Shown here: one piece after another, positions 13,398 through 26,616 of the stretch
Position numbering within the stretch: the first letter of the stretch is position 1
Layout of the letters: every line of letters starts with the position of its first letter
From: Octopus vulgaris
Lineage: Eukaryota
Assembly: GCA_951406725.2 (NCBI GenBank)
Contig: OX597820.1
Coordinates: 55,924,001 to 55,988,000, forward strand
Length of the DNA stretch: 64,000 bases
Direction of reading: 5' to 3'
Notes under the pieces: model-generated
Told to the model about the DNA's origin: nothing
What the model saw: only the letters and a program-made list of their open reading frames with translations
Databases searched by the model: none
Position numbers and translations under genes: made by a program

Positions 13398-14121
13398 ATA
13401 TTACAAAATATAAAGTTATATCTTGAGATCGTTAGTGACAACAACGCTCAAAATATATAACAGACTGGAATAGTAGTGTTCAAATGAGCTGTATACACTT
13501 TTTAATCCGAGGGGAGGCAATGCGAGCAGCAACTACAAGAGCACTACAAAATCCACAGAAAGATCAAACACATACATATATTCATTTATATCTACAGAAC
13601 AGACATAAAGCCCGTTTAAAAATATATAGTAATATATAAATATATAAACATCATATAAAAATATATTGTACGCATAAGATCCACTCGACGTTCCATAAGA
13701 AATTTATAAATAAAAATTACAATAAAAGTTAGCGGTAATAATAACAATTAAATTAAATATAGTAAGTAGTAATCAAATATATTTTATTTTATTAAAATGG
13801 TAATTAAATCGTAATATAACAATTAAAAGAAAAAAATAGCAATTAGTATAAAATGTATCAAGAACTTGAACTCGAATATGAGGCTTTGCATGAATGGGAG
13901 AAATTAAAAGATGAAAAATTTAATTGGGTGCAGAAGTGAATTAGTCCAGACGGAGCTGTGCGCATACCATTTACTATAGCTGCTAGATTGAATTATATGC
14001 TTATAAAGTAGCATTCAGTATCTATGAGAATTGTTGGGAGTATGTAATGTCTGGTCTTTCGCATGTAGCAGGTATGTAATTGTGCATTTGTTTCCGTGTA
14101 CTATGTGTTGTGTGTAAAAAA

Positions 14122-14198
14122 CATCCTGACGAGGGGAGTGTCAATTTTAAATATATGATATGTTTCATATTAATTGGTGCATCTCCGAAACTTAGATG
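14122..14198 (+). ncRNA. Minimal type I hammerhead ribozyme-like motif (Penelope-associated)
   Basis: CATC-CTGACGA-GGGGA...TCTCC-GAAA-CT-TA-GATG: stem I and stem II pair, core intact, helix III vestigial. Confidence 0.55.
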
Positions 14199-15919
14199 AA
14201 CTTTTATGTATTTTTGTAAATTTGTATATTTATCTTCTATGTATTTTTCTCTGGAATTTTAATTCGTCTTTTTAATATGTCATTGTATGTTTTATTACCC
14301 CAAATTTTTAATTTAACAAATTTATACCAAATTAGCACTATGACCCGGCAACGCCGGGTCATAATGCTAGTACTTTATAAACTTTCATTTAGATTGTTTA
14401 TAGAAAAATGAAATAGATTTTGGAAGTAGATGTTAAGGTAAATAAAAGATTGCTTTTGTCCACAATTTTTATGTAATGTTTTACAGGTATCGGTAAGTGC
14501 TTTTCCTACTAATCCACTTAAACGAAACAAGCAATCCTAAGCAAGGTAATTTACCATTTTAAATCCTAAGCTTCACTGATACAGAAAAATCTTTCAGGTA
14601 CCTCTGTGGTCACAAAATTATCAAATTAATATGGATCAGCTTGTACCAATTTTGTTGATTCTGATATGAAGTGCCTGAAGAGTTATCTCTGTGAGCTAAA
14701 ATAGTTAAAATAGCTGGAATAAATTATGACATCTTATTTGAGAAGATAGAACGACAGCTGCTCCGTGGTGTAAATCGGTGACGTGGTTGCCTGGCAAACA
14801 GTAAATACGTTGTTCAAACTACATTGTTGGATTTTTTTTTTTTTTTTTACTATTTTCTGTCTCAAACAGCCGAATATGATATAAAGAAATGTAATTAAAT
14901 ACAGTAAAACATTTTATCTGAAATTCAATCAATTTTGCAATATATTAAGAATGTATAAATTTTTCTTCATTTAGTTGATTGTTGTTGTTTAGCTCCAGAT
15001 TTTCCCTGACCAAGGAGATCTATGATTAAAATCATTTCAGTTGTGACCATTTCATCTTTTTTTTCCAGTCGTAGACTACATTATCCATGTTGTTATTCGT
15101 TTACGAAGAGAGTACGATTTAATTCAAGGGAGATTTAGCTACCCTTTCTAGAAAGTTAACCCAACACAAAGGTTTTCTTATTAACGTTGGTTCTCTCCTT
15201 ATCAATGTGGTAGATAAATTCTACTGCAGAATAGATGGTGGATTCACCCTAACCAAGAAAAGTCTTAACAGTTTCAATAAACTTCCCCGATGAAAGACAT
15301 TTAAATACCACTAAAAGCATCTAGTTTGGTAGCTGAAAAAAATCACTATTTTGCTCCTCTGACTCATTTCAGTTTTTCCTTTATACCTATGATTTATATA
15401 TAATTTAAATTTGATTTAAATTCATTGATAATACTTAATTGTCCATAAGGCTGTGAGGTAATACAATCGTTAGCATACCAGACAAAATGCTTAGTGGCGT
15501 TTCGCTTGACTTTACGTTCACTGTTCAAATTTCACCGAGGTCGATTTTGCCTTTCATACTTTCAGGGTCGATAAAATGAATACCAGTCGAGCACTAGGGT
15601 CGATGCAATTGGCTAGCCCCTTCCTACAAAAAATTCAGACCTTGTTCCTATTAAGGAAAGGAATATATGATTGTCTATGAACTATATAGACGAGATATAA
15701 AGATATCGAGACGGACGTCTGCAGATGGAGAAAGGAAACGACAATATAGAATTTTTTTTTATTTAAAAATCTCTCTCAATGATAAAAGGACGAAAAAATT
15801 TTCTAAAATAAATACACTACAAATTATTGAACTTTACTTAGATTTGTACTTTCACCCATGCTTTGCATTGAACAATAAATAATTACGTTTCTATCTGACG
15901 TGAATAACAGAGAACAATA

Positions 15920-16308
15920 AATAATCTTTTCTACTCTAGACACAAGGGGAAGGGGCTAGTCGATTAGATCGACCCCAGTACGCAACTAGTACTTAATTTA
16001 TCGACCTTGAAAGAATGAAAGGCAAAGTCAACCTCGGCGGAATTTGAACCCTGAACATAAAGACAGAAGAAATACCTATTTCTTTACTACCCACAAGGGG
16101 CTAAACACAGAGGAGACAAACAAGAACAGACAGACGGATTAAGTCGATTATATCGACCCCAGTCCGTAACTGGTACTTATTTAATCGACCCCAAAAGGAT
16201 GAAAGGCAAAGTCGACCTCGGCGGAATTTGAACTCAGAACGTAGCGGCAGACGAAATACCGCTAAGCATTTAGCCCCGCGTGCTACCGATTCTGCCAGCT
16301 CACCGCCT
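15920..16308 (-). mobile_element. Second SINE family, internally duplicated (also ~15470, 18627, 29425, 54440-54830, 59140, 62150, 62765)
   Basis: Shared core ttctgagttcaaattccgccgaggtcgactttgcctttcatcctttcggggtcga in many copies. Confidence 0.88.
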
Positions 16309-18961
16309 TACATTATAATAAATATCTCAGCACTAAACAGGAAAGATAATTAATGTTATAATAAAGTTCTCTCCCTTGGATTGATGTTTCATAATTAGAT
16401 ACCATTTCTTCAGAAAGCCAGGAAAACTATACTTATGATTAAAACGGTACAGTCATCTAAGTTGAAAATGATTAGCAGTAATATCTGTGAGATTAACCCT
16501 GCAACAGAATCTGTACGTTCTGCACAGACACTAACTTATCTGGATGTACTTGCTATGAAATACCAGATATGCTTTCAGAAATTTCCATCAGAACTAGCTT
16601 TACAGAACACAGGCTTTCAAAGATGTAGTGTGCAAGCATCTCTTCCTCAAACCATCCCCTACTGCCTTAAAATAACGCACATGTTGGATAATGTGGTCTT
16701 GGGCTCCTTGTACATAGGAAGAATAGTATTTTGTATATCTTATTTAACATAGATACTGTGTAGAAAGTCACAAAACTGCAGTATTTGTTTTGTGAAAGAA
16801 TCTCATATAACATGTAGTGCTAAAATAACATAGAAGTTATATCAGTAGCAGCAGATTAAAACTGTCCAGCAGCAGTTGTGGGATTGCTAAATTATTTCTG
16901 TGACTTTGCATGATCCGTAACAAGTATCTGATATCAATTGCATGCATAGACAAATTTAATCTCTGCTAATATAGAAAAAACAGTGATTAATAAATCACTG
17001 CTGTCACAAATAGCTGGTGGGCTGGGTAAAAATTCGTCATTAGCAACAGAAGCAGTATTGGTTCAGAACAGCATTCTGTGTATCTTACTTAATGTGGATA
17101 TACTATAGAAGCCAGGAGACTTCAGTATTTGTCTCAAGGAAAACATCTCATATAGATGCATAGTGCTAAAAATCCAAGAAGTGTATCTGTAGCAGACAAA
17201 AACATCCAGCAGTGGTGGTGTAGATTGCTTAGATTGCTCAGTTAGGGCTGAGCTGGGAATAAGCAAGAATAATAAGATCAACAACAAAAACGTCATTCAA
17301 CTGCTCAGATCAGTTTTAGCCTCTTCTCTATCCTATTATTCTTTCCATATGAATCTTTACTACTACCTCATCTCAGTCACATACAGAAATATTATATATA
17401 CAAACATTCAAATGGTGCAGGTGTGGCTGTGTGATTAAGAAGTTTGCTTCTTAACCATGTGGTCTTGGGTTCAGTCCCATTAGGTAGCACCTTGAGCAAG
17501 TGTCTTCTACTTTAGTGCTCTGGGCTGACCAAAAGGCTTGTGAGTGGATTTAGTAGATGGAAGGTCAGAAGGTTTCAGGGGTCATCAGGAGAGAATATGC
17601 ACCATTTCTGGGCCTTCCTCTTGATGGCTTTATGGTGCACCAGGCCCAATTCATAGATGTGAGGGCTTACTTACTGTTTTGACTGACTAGTATTCAACTA
17701 CAGGTCCATTTTAGGATCATCACCTATCCAGTCAAGTTTCGTTATTCCTTTTCACCTACATCCAATGGCTGGCTCTCTCAACTGTTGCCTGGATCTCCTT
17801 CAAGATGGCGTTGGCTTGCTGATGTTGGACACTAATTAATAGCAATCACTGTTTTAGTTTGGTCCTAGTAACTTCTAGAGGAAAGTGTGCTATACAATAC
17901 TGAGTGCCTTAGTGTTGAAATCAGCTTCCTGCAAAAAAATGGCTGTAGTACCCTAGGTAAGTGTCTTCTGAAAATGTTTCAGATTGACTAGAGCATAGGG
18001 AGTGGAATTTTGGAGACAGAGATTGTGCAGAAACCTGTCATATATCTAATAACTGTAATAAAGTGGTCCTCTGCTTGTGGCTGAGTACTCCAGAGACATG
18101 CATATCCTTAAGATAGTTCTCAGGAACATTCAGTATGACACAGAATGTGATGAGGCTGGATCTTTGAAATACAGGTACTACTCATTTCAGTCAACTGTGT
18201 GAACTGGAGCAACATTAAATAAAGTGTCTTGCTCAAGGACACAACACACTACCAGGAATTGAACACATAACCCTATGATTGTGAGCCGAATACTGTAACT
18301 ACTAAGTTATGCCCCTTCATTCCTCTAAACATAGTGTACAGAAAAAATGGTGAACTCTTAATACATTTCCATGATTGTTAATGAATTTAATATGCTTTTG
18401 TCTAGGTAAGTCCACATTTGTCTGCATAAAAAATATCATTTCCTTGTAGCTGAGTGATAGAAAAAAAAGCTTGATTAGATCAACTCTTACTACAGCCATT
18501 GTGATGTGCTATATGGAAAAATTACATTACTCTGCTTAATTCCTTTTGATCGGCTGACTACATGTTTTGTTGAGGTGATTGAGGAATGGGCCTGAAACTG
18601 TTGGTAATAATTAATCTCTATATGAAGGCGGTGAGCTGGCAGAAGCATTAGCATACTGGGCAAAATGCTCAGTGGCATTTTGTCTGCCATCTGCATGTTC
18701 TGAGTTTAGATTCCACTGAGGTCGACTTTGCTTTTCATCCTTTTGTGGTGGATAAAATATAATAAAATATATATCAGTTGAGCACTGGGGTTGATGTAAT
18801 CAACTTTCCTCTCCTTCAAATTTCAGGTCTTGTGCCTATAGTAGAAAGGATTATTATTATTATTATTATGTAGGTGAAAATCTGGCAGAATCAATAGTAT
18901 GCCGGACAAATTCTACCAAGATCAATAAAATAAGTACCAGTTAGGCACCAGAGTCAATGTA

Positions 18962-20209
18962 TCAGGCTGAGTAAAAAGCAAGCAACGTTTTGAACCATGA
19001 AGAATTTATACCGGATTTTTGCAGAGTTTTGAACTTTTTTAAACATTTTTGTGCAATTGTCTGATAATACAGACATAGACTTGCTCAAATGCATCAATAA
19101 ATTAACATTGGTATTTTTTGTACTGTTGTTACAGTCATTTGAAATGAAGCTGTCAAAGTGCAATATTTGAGCAATTTTGCTATTAAACTTCAAAAAAGGA
19201 TGTAAAGCTGCTGAAACTGCTTACAATATCAACAAGATCTTTGGTGAGGAAATGACCAGTGAGTGGTCAGCTCAAAAATGGTGAGACCTGAGCCTTGAAG
19301 ATCACGAGCATAATGGACGTCCATTTGTCATCGATGACAGTCAATTAAAGATTGTCATTGAGAAAGATCCATGTAAAATCACTTGAGAACTGGCAAAAGA
19401 ACTTCAAGTTAGCCAGAAAACTGCCTGCAACCATTTGCTTGCGATTGGAAAGTTAAAAAAGCTTGACAAATGGGTACCACAAAATTTGAATGAAAATCAG
19501 AAAATGCGCAGATATGAAGTTTGCTCGTTGCTTCTTCTCTGTAACCAGACTGATCCATTTTTCAACTGTATTGTAACTTGCGATGAGAAGTGGATTCTGT
19601 ACAATAATAAAAAAACATTCTTCACAGTGGCTGGACCAAAATGAAGCACTGTAAACCTTCCCTAAACTCAAGCTCTTCAAAAAGAAAGTTATGGTGACTG
19701 TTTGGTGGTGTACTGCTGGAGTCATCCACTATAACTTCTTAAAATCTGGAAAAGCCATTACTGCAGAAACATATTGTCATGAAATTGCCAAAACAAATGA
19801 AACACTGCTACTCCTCTGTCCCAGACTGGTCAACAGAAGAGGGCCAATCATTCTTAATGATCATTTCACTAATGACGCTTCAACAATTGAAGGAACTTGG
19901 CTACAAAGTTCTTCTCCACCCAGTTTATTCCCCAGACCTTTCTCCTACCAACAACCACTTTTTCAAGCACCTTGATGGTTTCCTGTGAGAGGAGTTCAAA
20001 AATAAATTTGATGCTGAAAGTACATTCAAAGAGTTCATCAGCTCCAGAACTCCAGATTTTTATGTTAACGCAATAAACAAACTTGTAATTCATTGGCAAA
20101 AGTGTGTTGATTGTAATGGTACTTACTTTGATGAATAAAATTACCGCATTGTTGAAATGCATTGTGATGAATTTCATGTTTCAAAACGTTTACTTTTTAC
20201 TCAGCCTGA
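18962..20209 (+). mobile_element. Full-length defective mariner transposon (Hsmar1-like transposase pseudogene)
   Basis: TA TSDs at 18960-61 and 20210-11; TIRs TCAGGCTGAGTAAAAAG / CTTTTTACTCAGCCTGA; motifs WVPQNL, TCDEKW, HPVYSPDLSPT; stops and frameshifts. Confidence 0.95.
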
Positions 20210-21590
20210 TAACTGACCAGCTCCCTACCCCAAAATTTCAGGTCTTGTGCCTATACTTAGCACACCAGGAAAAATGCTTAGTGGCATTTTGTCTGCCACC
20301 TGCATGTTCTGAGTTTACATTCCATCAAGGTCAACTTTGCTTTTCATCCTTCTGGGGTCGATAGAATGAGCACTAGGGTTGATGTAACTGACATAGCCCC
20401 TTCCTTAAGACTGCTGGCCTTTTGCTTAAAATTTAAAACTAATGATTAATCTCAATATGTGTTCATATGTGGTCATCATCATCAACATCGTTTAATATCT
20501 GCTTTCCATGATGACATGGGTTGGATGGTTTGACATAGAGCTGGCTAGCAGAGAGCTGTCTTAACTCCAATTGTCTGTTGTAACATGGTTTCTATGGCTG
20601 GATGCCCTTCCTAGCACCAACCACTTTACAGAGTGTGCTGGGTGCTTTTCATGTGCCACTGGCATTTATGCAGCACTAGCACTGAGTGGTTTTTAAGTGG
20701 CACCGGCACCTGAAAGAAAAAGCTTGCATATGTGGAAGACAGTGAATTACTTAGCTAGACGCGTCTTATCAAGTACGGCAAATTGCCACATCTCCCAGTC
20801 ACTCATCAGTTCTTCAGTGAGACCCAGTGTTCAAAGATCCTTTCTTACCACCTTGTCTATGTATATGTTAAAATACAAGACACCGAAGCCTGTAATGTGG
20901 ACAAGGACAAGTTATGACATGGTGTGTCTGTCTACACACACCGATAACTGATGGTCGCTTCAAAGATGGCTTTTTGCAATACAACTTAAGGATTTACAAC
21001 AGAATAAAACTTACCAACTAAACTTTGTACTTTCACACATTTGTTACAAAAATATAGGTGCAGGCATGGCTGTGTGGTTAAGAAGCTTGCTTCCTTTGTA
21101 GCCATATGTTTTGAGTTCAATCCCACTGTGTGGCACTTTGAGCAAGTGTCTTTTATTATATTTCAGGGCTGACCAATGCTTTGAGTGAATTTGGTAAATG
21201 GAAACAGCATAAAGCCTATTGTATATATGTGTGTGTGAGTATGTTTGCCTGCCAACTGGTGTTGGTTCATTTATGCCCCAAAACTTGGCAGTTTGGCAAA
21301 AGACACAGATAAAATAAGTACCAAGCTTAACAAAAAAATAAGTACTGGGATGAATCTGTGTGACTAAACCCTTCAAAGCAGTGCCCCAGCATGGCTGCAG
21401 TCCAATGAGTGAAACAAATAAAAGATAAAGGATATTCATTCTTCGTTGACCTGCCTTCAAAATATGAAGGTTGAAAAACTCACAAATGTAAAATACAAGA
21501 AAATAATCTGAAATCCACTATTTCCTTTCCTTAATTTTTTTTTGTATATTCCTTTCAGAAATAAATGAAGAACTTACCATACTAGATGTA

Positions 21591-23248
21591 TGAGATGGTA
21601 TCAAAGAGTTCGTGGACTCTTTTACTTGTTTCAGTCATGTGACTGTTGCCATGCTGGAGCACTGCCTTTAGTCAAGCAAATCAACCCCAGGACTCATTCT
21701 TTGTAAGCCTAGTACTTATTCTATCAGTCTCTTTCGCCGAACTGCTAAGTTATGGGGACGTAAACACACCTGCATCGGTTGTCAAGCGATGTTGGGGGGA
21801 CAAACACACACACAAACATATACACACACATACATATATATATACATACATACGATGGGCTTCTTTCAGTTTCTGTCTACCAAATCACCCACAAGGCTTT
21901 GGTTGGGCCGAGGCTATAGTAGAAGACACTTGCCCAAGGTGGCATGCAGTGGGACTGAATCCAGAACCATGTGGTTCATAAGCAACCTACTTACCACACA
22001 GCCTCTCCTATGCCTAATAAAAAATAACTTATTTATCTAAGTTTTAACATCATCTTTGAAATAGTCACCTTGTGCAGTAATATACAGGTCCCAGTGTTGC
22101 TGTCAATTTTCGAATCCAGCCGGGAAGTCATTTTCTGTAAGCGAGTCAAGGACCTTCTGTGATTTGCTGTGGATCTTGACAACAGTGTTAAAACGACGAC
22201 CATTGAGTTGTATTTTCATCTTGAGGTAGAGATGTAAGTCCACAGGTCTTAAATCTGGCGAATAGGATAAGTGCAGAAGCGATACCATGTTTTGGGCAAG
22301 AAACTCACGAATGAAGAGAACTCGGTGACAGGGTGCATTGTCGTCATGAGGAATCCAAATGTTAGGATTTCCTGCAGGGACCCCTAAAACAGACCAACAA
22401 CATCAGCAATGTTGCTGATTTTCCTTCGACGAGGAGACCTATTGAGTCAAGTATGTCAACATCAACATCAGAATATAAATCAAATGGAAATTGTAGTTAT
22501 GATACCCGTGCTGGTGGGATGTAAAAAGCAACATCTGAACGTGGCTGATGCCAGCACTGCCTGACTGGCGTCCGTGTCGGTGACACATAAATGGCATCAA
22601 CCAATCGTGGCCATTTGCCAGCCTCCTCTGGCCCCTGTGCCAGTGGCATGTAAAAAGCACCCACTATACTCATGGTGCTAGGAAAGGCATCCAGCTGTAG
22701 AAACACTGCCAGATCAGACTGGAGCCTGGGGCAGCCTCCTGGCTTCCCAGACCCCAGTCGAATCGTCCAACCCATACTAGCATGGCAAACGGATGTTAAA
22801 CGATGATGATGATGATGATGCTTATGCACAAGCTGATGAATGTTCTCCACATTTCAGGGGTGGTGCATGTGGCAGGTCTTCTAGAACTCTCATTGCTTTC
22901 CAGAGACGTTCTTCTACTTTTGAAGTGCTCGTGCCACTCAACCTATTACCTCATTGCTATAAGCTTACCAAAGCATGCTCAATATCTTTGTAGCAGACTT
23001 CCCAAGTTTAACACAAAATTTGACATTGAATCTTTGTTACAACTTTCTGACCATGACAAAAAATCTCAGACTCCAGCATATATGTGATCACAAAAACACA
23101 AATTTCACAACATGCAAAGTAAACACAGCAATGACACTTGGCACACTACCTCATGAAAGCCATTGTTAGCTCTCACTCTGTATGCAATTGTGCTGCCATC
23201 TGTTGGTGCACTACAAAACTAGTCCAGGAACTTTTTGATATCACCTTG
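21591..23248 (-). mobile_element. Internally deleted mariner element interrupted by two SINEs
   Basis: TA-flanked ~28-bp TIRs (tgagatggtatcaaagagttcgtggact / agtccaggaactttttgatatcaccttg); YSPDLRPVDLHLYLKMKIQLNGRRF remnant at 22103-22288. Confidence 0.85.
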
Positions 23249-24095
23249 TAGAAGAATGATTTTAGAAAGTGACAGTCAGTCACTGGCTGACACTCGCTGA
23301 CAATACATCGAAGAGGCCAGGGAACAGAAGAAAGAAGAAGAAAGAAGACATGCACCCAACACCAGAGCTGAAGACACCTCCGAAAGGGGGCCCCGCCATG
23401 TCAAAACGGTAGAGGAGTAGGGGCCGAAACCGGACGTGGTTCCTCCTGATGATGTCTTGAGATAACTGGATCCTATAAAGGAGCTGTGTGGTAGCAGACC
23501 ACGAAACACGGTTGTAATTCCTCCTGTATAGAATCTTTGTAAAAGTGAAGATATTGGTTATTCTGGCATTGGAGCTACTGGCTCCATATCTTGAACAACT
23601 TGAATTACACATTTCATATCTTTTACTTGTTTCAGTCATTGGACTCTGGCCATGCTGGGGCACTGCTTTTAAGGATTTTAGTCAAACAAATCAATCCCTG
23701 CACTAAATATTAAACCTGGTACTTATTCCGTCTGTCTCTTTTCTGGAGCTCCAATATTACAGGGACATAAACAAACCAACTATTGTTGTCAAGTGGTGGC
23801 AGGAGACAAACATAACACAAAAACACATAATGGGCTTCTACACAGGTTCTGTCTATCAAAGCCATTCACATGGCTTTGGTTGACCTGGGGCTATAGTAAA
23901 AGATAGCTGCCCACAAGATCAGATAGTAGGACTGAACCCAAGACCACAGAGTTGGGAAGTAAGCTGCTCGACCACACAGCCATGCCTATGCCTGGGTGAA
24001 AAAAAGAAAAATAATTCTGAAGAGCTTCTGAATTTGTTTGTATTTATAACAATGGGAGACAACTATATTTTCAACAAATTGTGTTTATATTTTGT

Positions 24096-24101
24096 TTTAT
24101 T
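24096..24101 (-). terminator. Candidate polyadenylation signal (AATAAA) of the Rab11-FIP gene; another at 24505-24510
   Basis: tttatt on the + strand ~430 nt past the stop codon, in an AT-rich, repeat-free stretch. Confidence 0.4.
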
Positions 24102-24525
24102 TGTCAATTTTTTTTCTAAAAAACAAAACAATTTTTACATATTCACTGGTTGGACATATTAAAAATACAGGTATTTATACATTCATTACATAGGAATATT
24201 AAAAACAATTACGAATTTTTTTTTGATATGTTTTTTTCAGATTTCATTCTTTCTATAAAATATTGAATTTAAAGTACCTACTTAAATTTTGTTCACATTT
24301 ATATTATAAAACACATTTTCAGAAAGAATTTTAAAACTATAAAATGACCAAATGAAATATTCAAACGCAATTTACAGTATTTTGGAAAATATAAACAGTG
24401 TTTACTTCTCCAATGAGATATTACAGACACAGGGACTGAAAAGCAGTTGAGAAGATATTGTTGTAAGTTCTTGACAGAATTGTTATGCTCAAAGTTGAAT
24501 TGACTTTATTGGGGATGGTATGGGA

Positions 24526-24672
24526 TCAATAATTAAACTGTCTGTTAAGGATTTTTGGATTTTGTTCAATGACTCCAACTAGCAGGTCATCAATATAGGA
24601 CTCTAGACCGCGAATATATTGATCTTTACGAATCATTTGAGCTTTTTGGCAAATTAATCGGCTGATTAGTTC
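24526..24672 (-). CDS. Rab11-FIP terminal exon, FIP-RBD (ELISRLICQKAQMIRKDQYIRGLESYIDDLLVGVIEQNPKILNRQFNY*)
   Basis: attttcag acceptor; LE.YID.LLV.V.E..P.IL signature of the Rab11-binding domain; TGA at 24528-24526. Which RAB11FIP1/2/5 orthologue it is cannot be assigned by eye. Confidence 0.92.
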   Translation of the reverse strand, partial: ELISRLICQKAQMIRKDQYIRGLESYIDDLLVGVIEQNPKILNRQFNY

Positions 24673-25754
24673 CTGAAAATAGAAACAGTAAACAAATTTC
24701 AATGTCTAATGACAATAATAAAATGGTATTTTAAACATAGTATGCAGTACAAATGGAAAATTCTTAATACATTTCCATGATGGTTAATGAATATAATATG
24801 CTTTATCTAGATAAGCCTAAATTTAATTGCATAAAAAAATACATTATTTCCTTCTATCTGAATGACAGAAAAAAAAAAAAAAACTTGACTAGTTCAACTC
24901 TTACACCAGCCATCATAATGTATTGTTTGGAAAATTACAGTACCTTGCTTTATTCATTGTTATTGGCTGACTACATGGTTTACAATTACTATATGGTTGT
25001 CAGTAGTGAAAATCTGCAACCTTTAAAACAATTACTTCAATAATTAATGAATGATTTTGAGATATTTACATATGGGAGTCACAGCTGTTCAAGTTAATAA
25101 GATATCAAGTTACTAGTCAAAGAGCTAACATTTTGTAACATGTCAGCAGCGCTGCATTGTTCAAGGCCAATGCATTAAATATTACATAGTTTCAACAAAT
25201 TCAGAATACTAGTTGGTAACACAATCTCACAAACGAGGAAGTGCTTTGAAGAACCAATGTCACACACCTTGTTCATGTCGTCGTTTAACGTCCGTTTTCC
25301 ATGCTAGTATGGGTTGGCCGGTTCGACCGGGTTCTGGGAAGCCAGGAGGCTGCCCCAGGCTCCAGTCTGATCTGGCAGTGTTTCTACAGCTGGATGCCCT
25401 TCCTAACGCCAACCACTCAGTGAGTGTGGTGGGTGCTTTTTATGTGCCACCGGCACAGATGTCAGGGGAGGCTGGCAACGGCTACCATCGGTTGGTGCTT
25501 TTTACGTGTCACCAGCATGGAAGCCAGTCAAGGTGGTACTGGCATCAGCCACATACGGATGGTGCTTTTTAGCTGCCAGGGTAGGCTGGTAATGGCCACG
25601 ATCGGTTGGTGTTTTTCACGTGCCACTGGGACGGAAACCAGTCAAGGCGGCGCTGGCATTGGCTGCGTATGATGGTGCTTTTTACGTGCCAGGGTAGGGT
25701 GGCAACGGCCACGATCGGTTGGTGCTTTTTACGTGCCACAGGCACGGAAGGCAA

Positions 25755-25970
25755 AATAATGCAACTGGTTGGGCATGTCGTATGAAGTGGGAGGACAATA
25801 TCCCAGCAAGAATTGCAATGACATGGCTACAAGCTGGTGGGAAAAGACCAAAAGGCATGCCAAAGAAAACCTGGAGATTCACCTTAAAAGATGACCTATA
25901 CAGTTGTGGCACAAACTAGTTTGAAATTCCAACTCTTGCCAAGGATAGAAAAAGATAGAAGAGTATAGTG
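25755..25970 (+). mobile_element. RTE-like LINE 3' fragment
   Basis: WLGHV and GKRPKGMPKKTW...LKDDL, typical of RTE C-termini. Confidence 0.65.
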
Positions 25971-26616
25971 GCCTGTTGCTGTGAAGCACAAGCAACCAGA
26001 TCTCCAGTTCGCTTAGCTGTAAGTGAAGAGAAATAACTCAACAAGGATTTAAACTTGTATTGTAGATTTAACTAAACTGAGCCACATGACAACATTCATA
26101 CACAATCTTGTAGGTGAGAAATCTAAAGTTGACCCTGGCAAAATTTGAACTTACAAACTTGTGAATCTGTTAAATTTTGTTGTTTCATATTTCTGATATA
26201 CCTGTGTGTCATTCACATTTGATTAGCAATCAAAATGTTATATGACATGATTAATGCAGTTTTCAACCCTTAATATCAATTCCAATCAGACACAAGACTA
26301 ATTGGAATATAAAATTTCAAAAGTCCTGTCTGAAATGTAAAACTTCTTTTCTACTTTGTAGCAAAATAATTTATTCAACTTTGAACTTTTTGTATTTACC
26401 ATTTGTTGATGCAGATCATTGCTAGTTCCTTGAGATTATACCTTTTCACTTTTACCTAGCATAAAGATTGGATGGAGTGGTGGGTGGATGGAGGACAAAT
26501 CATAGATGATTGCATTGCATCACCTGTACACATTGAGGAGCACTTTATTTTATTGACTTCAAAAGAATAAAAATCCTTGGTAGGATTTGAACTCAGAATA
26601 TACAGTAAGATAATTA

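Larger units (their letters stand above)
12418..14370 (+). mobile_element. Non-autonomous Helitron (~1.95 kb) with nested repeats
   Basis: 5' A|TCTCTCTCTCTATATAAAA; 3' 11-bp hairpin TATGACCCGGC-aac-GCCGGGTCATA (14339-14363) followed by CTAG|T; A-T insertion site with no TSD. Confidence 0.8.

Noticed and set aside
25430-25745. Regularly spaced ggtgctttttacgtgcca repeats resembling a CRISPR array
   Set aside because: Spacers are similar to each other, the context is eukaryotic and there are no cas genes; these are internal tandem units of a SINE.
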